DNA of 64,000 nucleotides from an uncultured delta proteobacterium (GCA_963787125.1 CAWBBV010000001.1:256001-320000); one strand, 5' to 3'. Shown: positions 1 to 9,195, counted from the stretch's first letter. Translations and numbers: made by a program. Notes: a model not told the origin generated them from the letters alone.

Positions 1-1
1 G

Positions 2-934
2 CTTATAGGTGCCTGTCATATGCACTTTGATCGAGCTCTGATAGGACGCGCCGAAAGAGAACCGGTCAGTTGGCTCCCACATCAAGCCAAGGTTATAGGA
101 AGGAGAAAAGTCATCGCGCATTTTTATCTCTGCCGTGGCAATTCTGTCATAAGGGTTGATTCCGCCGCCGAACCATGGTGGGCGAAAAAACAGCTCCGAA
201 ATGAGCGGAATCTCCATATCCTTGGTCGCATCCCCAAGGACTCTGGTCATACTCACCATGTCGCTGGGGGAGCGCATCTCGAGATTGGCCCCCATGGCTG
301 TCTGCCCGAGTCCGACCGACATCCCGACAGAAAAAGTCTTGTTCACCTGATAACTGACTGCGGGTGCGGCATAGATCAGGTGCTGCTGATAAACACCCTG
401 ACCGCCGAACCGTGCCGGGTCATTATCTTTACCATGAACCAGTCCAACGGCAAACGGCGCGTAATTACCAATGGCGAAAGTCCATTTTGAGCACGGTTCA
501 CGGTGGGAAAGACCAAGCGATGGCGCCACCAGAAAATCAAGCTCGCCCAAAAACGGGATATACATCCGGCCACTGGTATTGGTCCCTTGAGTTCCTGCCA
601 CCGGATCCTTTTTATCTTCCCAGCCGGCAAAACCTTTGAAGTCCGGATCTGCTTCAAATTTGGAGGTCTTCTTGACAATCGGAATGGTGATCCCCTGGCT
701 GAAATAATCGCCATCGCCCAGAAGCGAAAGTCCGGCCGGGTTGTAATGAATCGACATGAGCCCGGGTGGTGAGGCGGTGACGTTGTTGGCTAAAGAGATG
801 GCTCTGGTGTCGATGGCCAACTGCTCGTGGAAAGCTGCCCGGGAGAGTGCCGGCAGGAGAAAAGTCAAGAAGATTGCCACAAAAATCGGGGTAAAGATCG
901 GCAGCACAGACTCTGCCTGCCGATCTGCCGCCAT
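2..934 (-). CDS. OmpP1/FadL-family outer-membrane beta-barrel, FilD-like (partial, runs off the window; absent from the ORF track)
   Basis: Hand translation from ATG at 934 stays open to the window edge: MAADRQAESVLPIFTPIFVAIFLTFLLPALSRA-AFHEQLAIDTRAISLANNVTASPPGLMSIHYNPAGL...FSPSYNLGLMWEPTDRFSFGASYQSSIKVHMTGTYK. It has a signal peptide, the FadL/OmpP1 'NPAGL' hatch motif and amphipathic strands. Confidence 0.85.
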   Translation of the reverse strand, partial: MAADRQAESVLPIFTPIFVAIFLTFLLPALSRAAFHEQLAIDTRAISLANNVTASPPGLMSIHYNPAGLSLLGDGDYFSQGITIPIVKKTSKFEADPDFKGFAGWEDKKDPVAGTQGTNTSGRMYIPFLGELDFLVAPSLGLSHREPCSKWTFAIGNYAPFAVGLVHGKDNDPARFGGQGVYQQHLIYAAPAVSYQVNKTFSVGMSVGLGQTAMGANLEMRSPSDMVSMTRVLGDATKDMEIPLISELFFRPPWFGGGINPYDRIATAEIKMRDDFSPSYNLGLMWEPTDRFSFGASYQSSIKVHMTGTYK

Positions 935-989
935 ACATAAAGGGGGCTTTGGTGAGTGTAAGGCGCTCGACCATAAAATTTTGAGCGCA

Positions 990-2120
990 CTAAAATTCAA
1001 ACGGCACCCTGATGGAGAAGGAGAAGTCCGGATCATTGCTGGTGAGGCCAATGCCGAGTTTGAGTGAAACTGTCCGGTTGGGAGTTACCCGCCAGCCGGT
1101 ACCGATGTAGAAGGTTGATGATAGTGAACTGCCGCTGCTGTAGGATGCAGCGTTACTGAAGCGGTACTCGTTGCTGAAGGCGTAGTTTGCCTGGACGCTC
1201 ATATTGAGCGATGCCTTGTAGGAAAGGGCATAGCCGAACCCCATGGCCAGGCCGATACTGCTGCCAGGCTCAACAGTCGTGAGGTTCCGGCCATCGCGCC
1301 AGTTCTGGTTCAGGTCGCGGGCCGCAAAGTTATAGTTATAGCTTAAATTGCCAAAGGCAATCAGCGGATCCATGGTTTTGCTGAGGGAAACGCCGGCGTT
1401 TACCCCGTAAAAGCCGGAACCGGTGGGAAGAGTTTCTTCAGTGTTAATCTCATAGGGGCTGGTGCCAAACGGCAGGGTCAGCCCGCCACTGAAGATCAGT
1501 GCCGGCATATCGCCACCGGCCTTGATCGGCTGCATCTGCATCCCTACAGAGACATCGCCGAAATCGCTGGCATCCTGAGCCCTGTCAGTCCCGACCCGGT
1601 TGTACTTGTAGGCAAACGGGATGCTGGCGTTGACCGAGAAATTATCCTTCAAGCCATATTCAACATAGAACTGGTTGGTAAGGTTGTGATTACTTCTTTT
1701 CTCCACAATAGCGGTATCTTTAATGACGTCGCCGGAAAAATAGGAATAGTTGAAACCGTACTCAATACTGGTTGATCCTTTCTTTAACAGGGTGTACTCC
1801 CGGCCGGCAGCGGAAAGAATCTCCTCCGCCTTCTTCCCTTTCTCCTCCTCGGACACCTCCAACCGCTTGCGCGCACCAGTCTCTTTGCGCAACTTGTCCA
1901 CCTGAAGTTTCAGCTCTTTCAGCTGCTCTTCTATGCCGATCTTGGCGTCGCCCGGCTTAGCTTCAGCCTCGTCGCCGTCAGTATCCTCTGCCGCAGCTGG
2001 CGGCGCTGCGGGAGCAACCGGCTTGGCAGCTTCAGCCTTCTTCTCCGCGCTATGACATTCAGAAAAAGTTACCGTCAGCAGCAGCAGTAATAAACTTGTC
2101 TTAAATACTAAATTCTTCAC
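990..2120 (-). CDS. Outer-membrane transporter, FilC/FapF-like (N-terminal coiled coil plus beta-barrel)
   Basis: Signal peptide, Ala/Pro linker, heptad segment IEEQLKELKLQVDKLRKE, barrel with GDVSVG and PTGSGFY motifs, terminal Phe (RVPFEF). Adjacent to a C39 peptidase. Confidence 0.8.
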   Translation of the reverse strand: MKNLVFKTSLLLLLLTVTFSECHSAEKKAEAAKPVAPAAPPAAAEDTDGDEAEAKPGDAKIGIEEQLKELKLQVDKLRKETGARKRLEVSEEEKGKKAEEILSAAGREYTLLKKGSTSIEYGFNYSYFSGDVIKDTAIVEKRSNHNLTNQFYVEYGLKDNFSVNASIPFAYKYNRVGTDRAQDASDFGDVSVGMQMQPIKAGGDMPALIFSGGLTLPFGTSPYEINTEETLPTGSGFYGVNAGVSLSKTMDPLIAFGNLSYNYNFAARDLNQNWRDGRNLTTVEPGSSIGLAMGFGYALSYKASLNMSVQANYAFSNEYRFSNAASYSSGSSLSSTFYIGTGWRVTPNRTVSLKLGIGLTSNDPDFSFSIRVPFEF

Positions 2121-2137
2121 CGGTGACTCCTCGCACG

Positions 2138-2884
2138 CTACTTGCCATAGTACTGATACTTGCCAGGGAAATCGTTAATCAGCCGCTCTTCCTTATTGGT
2201 CAGAGCCGGCTGATGATCGAAAATTATCTGCCGCGCCTGGTCTTCATCGATATAACGAAGATCCTCGTCCTTCAGTCTGAGGGCCTTCAGCACGTTGCCA
2301 TCAGCTGCCGGCGAGACCACAAAAATCACGTTCTCGTACCACATCGCCTTGAACTCATCCAGGGTGAAGCTGATATCACCCCGCCACGGATCGGTCAAAA
2401 AAACATGCCCTTTATGAATCCCCTTCAGGACGGCAAAGTGGCGGTAATCAAAGATCTTGATCGGGACGAGACACGGCTTGCCCAGAGTTGTCAGGTCTTC
2501 AATCTCGGCCTTGTAACCGACACCTTCATATCCGAGAGCATTGACGAATTTTTTCATATCAAGGAGCGAGAACGCGCGCAGTTTGTTGATCTGTTCACTA
2601 TCGCCATGTTCCAGCAGCCCCTGGATAACCTGCTTTTCCGTCAGTTTCTCTCCCAGATAAAAATTGAGAAGGGTCGCCAGAGCAGCCGAACCACAGCTGT
2701 AGTCAAACGCCTGCTTGATGAAATGATCCCCCTCGATATCGGAAAAGGGCCGCACATTAACGCGGATTCTCCCCTGCTGACCCGTGCCGACAGTCAGGTT
2801 CATCTCTGCCGGGGGTTGCGGCTTGAGCGGGTGAAACCCGGCAACTAGAGAAATGATTATTACAAAAGCGGCTATGACTACCAT
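2138..2884 (-). CDS. Stand-alone C39-family cysteine peptidase, FilB/FapD-like
   Basis: KQAFDYSCGSAALATLL (catalytic Cys), YRHFAVL (His), VFLTDPWRG (Asp). Hydrophobic N-terminus and no ABC domain. Confidence 0.9.
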   Translation of the reverse strand: MVVIAAFVIIISLVAGFHPLKPQPPAEMNLTVGTGQQGRIRVNVRPFSDIEGDHFIKQAFDYSCGSAALATLLNFYLGEKLTEKQVIQGLLEHGDSEQINKLRAFSLLDMKKFVNALGYEGVGYKAEIEDLTTLGKPCLVPIKIFDYRHFAVLKGIHKGHVFLTDPWRGDISFTLDEFKAMWYENVIFVVSPAADGNVLKALRLKDEDLRYIDEDQARQIIFDHQPALTNKEERLINDFPGKYQYYGK

Positions 2885-2908
2885 GAATAGACCTGCCTCC
2901 GAACGCTG

Positions 2909-3916
2909 TTAGTGGCCGGCGAGCCTGATCCAGCCGTTGACGCCGAGCATCAAATGAGAGACGGCGAGTGAGCCGCAAGTGCCGCCACCGGTCAACTGTT
3001 TGTTGTCGGCGATCTTTACATCAGCGTTAAACGAAGTCATCGAGACCCCCAGTGCGCCTTTAGCAAAAGTACTGCTGTCGTTTGTGTTTATCGTGTTGTT
3101 GCGGGAATCGTCGCTGCCAAGACCGATATGCACGTAAGAGACACCTGGACCGAATACTGAAAAGGGGACGGACTGCAGAGTGGTTGCGTCGGAAGCATTT
3201 GTAGCCACATTAATGGTAAGAGGGCCGACTATTTTGAGCGTTGTGATGCTCAATCCGGAGAGACCAAAGTAACCGGCCAGGTCACTCACTCCGTCTTTGT
3301 TTCCTTTTGAGTTGCCCCAGGAGAGAGCATCCAGTTTCAACGACTCGATATTAAGGTCTAAATCCGTGCCTATCCCTGAAGCTTTACTATCTTTTACGGT
3401 AAGGATGTCCACCCTGCTGGCTTTGTTGAAGAGCAACTTCAACCCACCCAGATAAACTGACCCCAGGTTCTGTTCGAGCCGCTTTGAACTGCCGAGTCCC
3501 ACATCAAACTGCAGCTGCTCCATATCTATCGCCAGAGAGCCCATGGAGATCCGCACATAGGTTGTGCCTTCGCCATGGCCGCTTGCATTGGCAGCCCCTT
3601 CAGTGACCACATCAATGGCCATTTTAGTTATTTCCTGGGTCAGCGGATCTTTTGCCGAATAGATTTTTGTATTTTTAGCCGAGAAATTTTTCAGCCCTAC
3701 CCAGCCTTCCGTTGTGCCGCTACCAACCCCCAAACCATCATCATCGCGCCAGTAGGCGGTTTCCAGGGTGATGTCAAAGGTCAAATCCACATCTATCGAC
3801 ATCCCGGCCTGGCCGGTAACCTTGTGTAGGCCGTTATCAGGGATGATATTTTTCGCAAATACTGAAAAAGGTATCAGTAAAATAACAGTGGCTATGGAAA
3901 ATGTTTTTTTCATCAT
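2909..3916 (-). CDS. DUF6160/FilA-like secreted beta-rich protein (paralogue of 6831-8309)
   Basis: Signal peptide, then IPDNGLHKVTGQAGMSIDVD. Shares TTYVRIxxGSL, LSWGN, SYVHIGLG and C-terminal GVNGWIRLAGH blocks with the 492-aa paralogue. Confidence 0.75.
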   Translation of the reverse strand: MMKKTFSIATVILLIPFSVFAKNIIPDNGLHKVTGQAGMSIDVDLTFDITLETAYWRDDDGLGVGSGTTEGWVGLKNFSAKNTKIYSAKDPLTQEITKMAIDVVTEGAANASGHGEGTTYVRISMGSLAIDMEQLQFDVGLGSSKRLEQNLGSVYLGGLKLLFNKASRVDILTVKDSKASGIGTDLDLNIESLKLDALSWGNSKGNKDGVSDLAGYFGLSGLSITTLKIVGPLTINVATNASDATTLQSVPFSVFGPGVSYVHIGLGSDDSRNNTINTNDSSTFAKGALGVSMTSFNADVKIADNKQLTGGGTCGSLAVSHLMLGVNGWIRLAGH

Positions 3917-3950
3917 TCAGCCCTCCTGCACTTCACTTACAGAAAACAGA

Positions 3951-5567
3951 TCACTCCTTCAGCTCAACGTCATAGCGGACAAAACCGTTCCCTTCAGCAC
4001 TGATCGCCAGAGTGTGCAGATGGGTGGCATCATCAAAAACAAGACTGGAACCTTTGACAACCGATACCAGCCGCTTGGTCATCTCTTTGCCGTCAACGAC
4101 TACCACCCACTGGCCACCGGCTAAGGCAACATAGGCAAAATGGTGTGAATCGGGAGAGAACGCCGGTGCAGCAACACCGTCGAATACCGGACCTTCCTTG
4201 CCGTTAATAACCACCCGCCACTTGCCGTCTTTTTGTGCCATGTAGGCTAAAGATTTAAAATCAGGGCTGTAGCGCGGTGGAGTCAGTGCATCGTAAAACG
4301 CCCCCTCTACACCGTCCGTGACTACCAGCCATTTGCCGTTTTTTTGCGCCGAGTATGTCAGGTGAGCCGAATCCATGGTAAACTGCGGAGTGGTCACCAT
4401 GTCGTAATTAACTCCATCCTTGCCGTCCAATACCACCAACCATTTCCCCTGCTTTTGGGCTGCGTAGGCCAGGTGTGCCGAGTCCATGCTGTAGATGGGA
4501 ATAGTAACAACGTCATAGCGTGCCCCTTCCTTGCCATCACTTACCATGAAACCCTTGTCGCCCAGTTTCGCTGAATAGGTCGTATGTTTCGAATCAGGGC
4601 TGTAGGAAAGGATGCCTACCTGGTCGTAAAGCGGGCCTTCTTTGCCATCCATAACCATCAGGTTTTTCGAGTCTTTAACAGCCAGGAAGGCGACATGATT
4701 GGAGTCAAGGCTGAAAGACGGAATAGCCACGTCATCGTAAAGCGCACTCTCTTTGCCATCAATAACCATTAGTGACTTGCCGCCTTTCTTGGCGGCATAA
4801 GCAAAATGCTGTGAATCAAGGCTGAAATTGCAGACACCGACGTTGTCATAGACTGGCTGCTCCTTGTCGTTTTCAACAAAAAACATTTTTCCTGCCTGCT
4901 TGACGCCATAGACGAGCCGCACAGAGTCCAGGCTGTAAACCGGCGCAGATATTGCGTCATAGGTTTTACCCTTTTTACCATCCACCACCAGCGCCATCTT
5001 TTTGTTGATTACAGCGACATACACCAGGTGCTTTGAATCGGGGCTGAACATCGGTGTTGACTGATCCTGGATAATCCCGTCATAAGATTTCCCTTTTTTG
5101 TTGTCCACTACCACAGAGCGTTTTTCACCCTTTTTGACCACATAGGCCAGGCGCTTTGAGTCCGGACTGAACAGCGGCGTAGAAACACCATCGAAGCCGT
5201 TACCATCTGCACCGTCAAGGCTTACCCGCCACTGATCACCTTTTTTTGAGCTATGGACAACATGCTTGCCATCGGGACTGAACAGCGGCGTCCCCTTACC
5301 GACGGCTTCAAGAGTCGGCGACACTTTCCCCTCGGTTATGACAACAACACCTTTTTCATTACGTGCCATGAAGGCGACCCGGCTCGAGTTCTGGTTGACT
5401 TGCAGGGACGGGATAAACATGTCCCACTCCTCGGAAAAAGGAATCAGTGGCGTGATCTTTTCGGCAAAGGTTTTTGCCTCCTTGGCACAAGCTAAAGAGC
5501 CCATAAACACCAACGCCGTTAAAGCAGTTACTATGAAAATGAAATGGCATTTATTTCTCGTTCTCAT
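3951..5567 (-). CDS. Secreted PD40/TolB-like beta-propeller repeat protein
   Basis: Signal peptide, then about 12 tandem ~37-aa repeats of the form FSPDSxHLAYxAxKxGKWxVVxDGKEGxxYDxVxxP. Confidence 0.85.
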   Translation of the reverse strand: MRTRNKCHFIFIVTALTALVFMGSLACAKEAKTFAEKITPLIPFSEEWDMFIPSLQVNQNSSRVAFMARNEKGVVVITEGKVSPTLEAVGKGTPLFSPDGKHVVHSSKKGDQWRVSLDGADGNGFDGVSTPLFSPDSKRLAYVVKKGEKRSVVVDNKKGKSYDGIIQDQSTPMFSPDSKHLVYVAVINKKMALVVDGKKGKTYDAISAPVYSLDSVRLVYGVKQAGKMFFVENDKEQPVYDNVGVCNFSLDSQHFAYAAKKGGKSLMVIDGKESALYDDVAIPSFSLDSNHVAFLAVKDSKNLMVMDGKEGPLYDQVGILSYSPDSKHTTYSAKLGDKGFMVSDGKEGARYDVVTIPIYSMDSAHLAYAAQKQGKWLVVLDGKDGVNYDMVTTPQFTMDSAHLTYSAQKNGKWLVVTDGVEGAFYDALTPPRYSPDFKSLAYMAQKDGKWRVVINGKEGPVFDGVAAPAFSPDSHHFAYVALAGGQWVVVVDGKEMTKRLVSVVKGSSLVFDDATHLHTLAISAEGNGFVRYDVELKE

Positions 5568-5654
5568 GGTCAGCCCCTTGATTCAATTGATATTTTTTAA
5601 CCGTGCCTGCAATAAATAAGTAACGATTCAAGCTTATTTAAAACATTGTATTAC

Positions 5655-5698
5655 ACAATAATGCATCCTAACATGCGCGTCAAGGTTAAATTCATTGC
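5655..5698 (-). promoter_or_regulatory. Putative sigma70 promoter with an upstream element shared with 9240-9286
   Basis: Minus strand TTGACG-N17-TATTGT, preceded by GCAATGAATTTAACC. Confidence 0.5.
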
Positions 5699-5840
5699 GG
5701 GAGTTTAATTTACACAGGGCTTGCAGCTGAAATTGTTTATGACGCGGCGGGCTATGTATCGGACGCTTGAATGATCGTCAACGCATTTAAACTGGCACTG
5801 GTTGCCACCATGGAACTGCCGGGGCTAAATAATGGTCGTT

Positions 5841-6689
5841 TTATGGCGTCAGGCGCAACTGGAGGCGATGAACATTGATGCCGTCAATGGCCATGGGGCC
5901 AAAACTCGTCGGACCGAAGGCTACATTCTCTACTCTTAGTGAGCCTTGCATCGGCAGGTTTATATATGTTGACGTCACATCGTTCAGTTCGGCGCCAACT
6001 ACAATTGAGGCAGGGTTCGGTTTGTCCGCCGGGTGTTCGCCGATGTGGAAGTTGCCGGTCATTGCCCAACTGGCCGGATCTTCCGGAGCGCCGCTGGCGC
6101 TGCCAAAGAGATGAACGCCACTTAGTGCCAGCGAGTTGGAGCTGTTATAGGCATATTTTAAAACGCCGATGTCCAGGCGCGTCGTGTAGTCAAATTCAAT
6201 TCCTGAACCAGCAATTGGTGCTGAGATTCGCAGGGTGGAAGGGCCTTCGGTCATCGGGCCGATATGGAGGCTGCCCAGCGACTGATCGGCAAATTTAAGC
6301 TCGCTGACGTTATAGTGACGGGGGTAGGTCTTGCTGGAGTCGACGATTGTCAGGGAAGTTCTGCCGGCGGCATCAGTGCTGACATCATAGGTGATTGGAC
6401 TGCTGGTAATAAAGCCATCAGATGTTTTCATGGAAAAAGGGTTGCCGGCGCCATCGTCAATTGTCACGCCGTTGAATTCGAGCCATTTTTTAGTGGGACT
6501 AGTGTCTGCAATTCTGAAACTGTCCATGGCTACCTGGACGGCAAGATCCATATCAATGCTGATTCCGGCCCGACCGGTAACAGTCGAGAGTTCGGTGTCG
6601 GCCAGGGTGCTCATGGCTGCCTCAATGTCGTTCGAAGCAACGAGACAGACGGCGACTATGATCGAGGCGACTGCACCAATACGTTTCAT
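5841..6689 (-). CDS. DUF6160/FilA-like secreted protein
   Basis: Signal peptide, then MSTLADTELSTVTGRAGISIDMD. Beta-rich G/S/T composition. Confidence 0.75.
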   Translation of the reverse strand: MKRIGAVASIIVAVCLVASNDIEAAMSTLADTELSTVTGRAGISIDMDLAVQVAMDSFRIADTSPTKKWLEFNGVTIDDGAGNPFSMKTSDGFITSSPITYDVSTDAAGRTSLTIVDSSKTYPRHYNVSELKFADQSLGSLHIGPMTEGPSTLRISAPIAGSGIEFDYTTRLDIGVLKYAYNSSNSLALSGVHLFGSASGAPEDPASWAMTGNFHIGEHPADKPNPASIVVGAELNDVTSTYINLPMQGSLRVENVAFGPTSFGPMAIDGINVHRLQLRLTP

Positions 6690-6752
6690 TGAACCCCCAC
6701 TCCGTGTATTTCTGTTACTGCAACGGCAAGTTTTTATCGATGGATCTAAGGG

Positions 6753-6782
6753 AAAAAGGGGGGAGGCGCCTGCCTCCTCCCC
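6753..6782 (-). terminator. Intrinsic terminator downstream of the 492-aa FilA-like gene
   Basis: Minus strand GGGAGGAGGC-AGGC-GCCTCCCCCC followed by TTTTT. Confidence 0.65.
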
Positions 6783-6830
6783 TTGATTGCATTAAAGAGG
6801 GCCGATAGTCAGACCCGGTTAAATTCCCGT

Positions 6831-8309
6831 TTAGTGGGCACCAATGTTAACCCAGCCGTTAATACCAACTTTCAGATTGGACATCGACATTGTGCCGTAA
6901 GTACCGGCTGAGTTCGTGTCACCCAAATAAGCGCTTTTGCCAAGCAGGTCTTTGTTGTTGGAAACAGCTATGTCAGCATACATCGAACCGATACCGAAAA
7001 CGAATCCACCAGGGCCGACCAGCGCCGAACCGGACTCGGATTTGCCGGTACCGATACCGATATGAACGAAGCTAGGGCCGACTGCGGTAGCAACTGAATT
7101 GTAGAGTGAGTAGTAGTAATTTGACAGGGCTGTTTCAGTAGCAGCCTTGGCAGGATTACCGAGATATGCACCAGCGGCGGCAGCATAAGTAGCTGCGTCT
7201 GCATCAGAAATTGCTTTAGCTGCGACATACGCAGGATCTAAAACGTTGCCACCTGCAGTGAATAGTGCATTATTTGTTGCCAGCAATGAAGCAGCGTAAG
7301 TTGCGCCTTTAGTCGAAGCATCAGCTGCAAAAGGGGCGATAGTAGCCATATTGGTGGTAAAAGCTGTCGCCGCGGTAGCTACTCCTAAAGCGCTGGTGTT
7401 TACTGTTCCGACCTGGATGGAGATCGGGCCGACCATGGTCATGTCCGTGATGGCCAGATTTTTATAGCCGACATAACCTGCTGTGGTAGTAGCCGCTGCG
7501 CTTGCTGCCGATCCGGACGGACCGGTTACTGTCCCGGCCTTATTGCCCCATGACATTGATGCGGCATTAAGCTTGTCAATCTTTACATCAAGATCAAAAA
7601 CTACGCCGGAACCAGCTGCGTTAACTGCTTTCTGGCTGAGCGAATAGATATCAACTTTGCTGTTACCGTTCACTTGAACATTAAGCCCGCCAATATGGAC
7701 ATCGCCCAGCTCCTGGGAAAGATTTGCCAGAGTTGGGGCGGCTTTACCGGCTGACTGACCAAGAGCAACGGTAAAGTCGATATTTTTTGCAGCGATTTCC
7801 AGAGAGCCGAGGCCGATACGGACGTAGGTAGTACCGGCTGCTTTATTGTCTACAGCTGCTGCGGCAGTTGCAACGTCAATGGTCAGCGGATGCACAGCCA
7901 GCTTATAAGTAGGGAGCAGAGCGGCTTGAGCTGCTAAATCTGCGACGGTGTATTTACCTTTTGATGCGACTACAAAGGCCATTGCAGCAGCTGGTTTGTC
8001 TGCAACAGCGGCGTCTACATACGCTTGTGCCAGGGTTGCGAGGACGACGTCAGCCAGCATTTCCGGGCGAAGTCTGACGGTCATGTTGTCGATGGTGAAG
8101 TTTTTCATGCCGATCCAGTTTGTGTTGGCACCGTCATAATTTCCCCAGGCCATGGTGTCGGCAGTAACATCAACACGCACGTCCATGTCGATGGAGACGC
8201 CGGACTGGCCGGTTACTTTGCCCATCTCACTGTCGGAGATGGTTGACTTGGCGTATGCTGCAAACGGGATCATGGTTGCCATTGCGGCGATTGCTAATAC
8301 TTTTTTCAT
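6831..8309 (-). CDS. DUF6160/FilA-like protein, probable major subunit, with two Ala-rich insertions
   Basis: Signal peptide ending AYA, then KSTISDSEMGKVTGQSGVSIDMD. Strong RBS (AAGGAG), its own terminator, C-terminal GINGWVNIGAH. Confidence 0.8.
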   Translation of the reverse strand: MKKVLAIAAMATMIPFAAYAKSTISDSEMGKVTGQSGVSIDMDVRVDVTADTMAWGNYDGANTNWIGMKNFTIDNMTVRLRPEMLADVVLATLAQAYVDAAVADKPAAAMAFVVASKGKYTVADLAAQAALLPTYKLAVHPLTIDVATAAAAVDNKAAGTTYVRIGLGSLEIAAKNIDFTVALGQSAGKAAPTLANLSQELGDVHIGGLNVQVNGNSKVDIYSLSQKAVNAAGSGVVFDLDVKIDKLNAASMSWGNKAGTVTGPSGSAASAAATTTAGYVGYKNLAITDMTMVGPISIQVGTVNTSALGVATAATAFTTNMATIAPFAADASTKGATYAASLLATNNALFTAGGNVLDPAYVAAKAISDADAATYAAAAGAYLGNPAKAATETALSNYYYSLYNSVATAVGPSFVHIGIGTGKSESGSALVGPGGFVFGIGSMYADIAVSNNKDLLGKSAYLGDTNSAGTYGTMSMSNLKVGINGWVNIGAH

Positions 8310-8535
8310 TGTGCGTTCACTCCTTGTGGTTGTTTTGCCTGCAGTCAGCTGACTATCCGTACAATACGAATTTTTAAGCTTGCCGCCCCCCCGGTTGCCC
8401 CGGGCTTGCTTGTTCTGCCGGCTTGTTAATTAGTTTTTTGCAATACTCTTTATGCGTCCCTGCTAAAACCTCGCTACCTTTTAACCCGCCTGCTGATTCT
8501 CCATCACCCCCCTTAAAGAATTTATCCATATTCGG

Positions 8536-9195
8536 CTAGATCGGAGTCGCTGTCCCCATGTTGACCCAGGCTCCCTTGCGTGACGCTGACAACTCCAGCG
8601 TAAATGACAACTCAGTGTGATTGAATTGATAATTTTTAGTGCCAAGAGCAGCGCGGGAAAGGTCACTGCCGCCGACAACACCGCTAAAACTCTGAAAATT
8701 CGCTGCTACCGTCCCGGTAACATCCTTGGAGCCGATGGTAAAGCTCTGCAGCTCGCGAGTAGCTGGATTGTCGATAGTTGCCGGATTAAACACGGCCTTA
8801 ATGAAGAAACCGTTCAAGACGAGATCGTTTGCCGCTGTACCGAGCTTTACTGTTGTCCAGTTCTGGTCCCACCCCTTGCTGCCCCCGCCGGTGTTGTCCC
8901 AGTAACCCATCTTCATGGAATCAATCTCTGTATATGTGGCGGCGCGGATACCGGTGAAATCAGCCAGGGCGACACCATTAACCATGGTGAAACTGGAAAA
9001 CCCCTGGGCGACAACTGCAGAGAGCTCGGCATCGTTCATGGCCGTCATTCCCGCCCAGCCGGAGACAGGTGCAAGGAGGCAAAGAACAGTCGCAACAGCA
9101 AGGAGCGCTTGCAGCAGTCGCGGTAAAAGCGCTTTCAACGACCTGCTCCTGCCATCCTTTTTTTGAGTTCCTTTTCTAATATTCATTGCCGTCAA
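8536..9195 (-). CDS. Secreted protein with a DUF6160-like leader (start uncertain)
   Basis: Signal peptide ending GWA, then GMTAMNDAELSAVVAQGFSSF. Beta-rich mature part. Confidence 0.65.
   Translation of the reverse strand: MTAMNIRKGTQKKDGRSRSLKALLPRLLQALLAVATVLCLLAPVSGWAGMTAMNDAELSAVVAQGFSSFTMVNGVALADFTGIRAATYTEIDSMKMGYWDNTGGGSKGWDQNWTTVKLGTAANDLVLNGFFIKAVFNPATIDNPATRELQSFTIGSKDVTGTVAANFQSFSGVVGGSDLSRAALGTKNYQFNHTELSFTLELSASRKGAWVNMGTATPI

Noticed and set aside
20..1067. Several short ORFs in the track (20-490, 376-714, 654-974, 756-1067)
   Set aside because: They are shadows of the real minus-strand FadL-like gene (934 to the window edge), which the track omitted because it has no stop inside the window.
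5793..5806. Sigma54-like TGGCAC...TTGC
   Set aside because: The GG-to-GC spacing is 8 rather than 10, and it faces away from the minus-strand genes.
8310..8535. Possible c-di-GMP-I/GEMM riboswitch upstream of the major subunit (GGGACGCA on the minus strand)
   Set aside because: No GAAA-tetraloop P2 stem or receptor P3 could be built. An Rfam/Infernal search would settle it.
990..9195. Calling the locus a Fap/curli functional amyloid operon
   Set aside because: The C39 peptidase and barrel resemble FapD/FapF, but no subunit has Asn/Gln-rich amyloid repeats. DUF6160-like subunits plus a FadL-like barrel fit Fil better.
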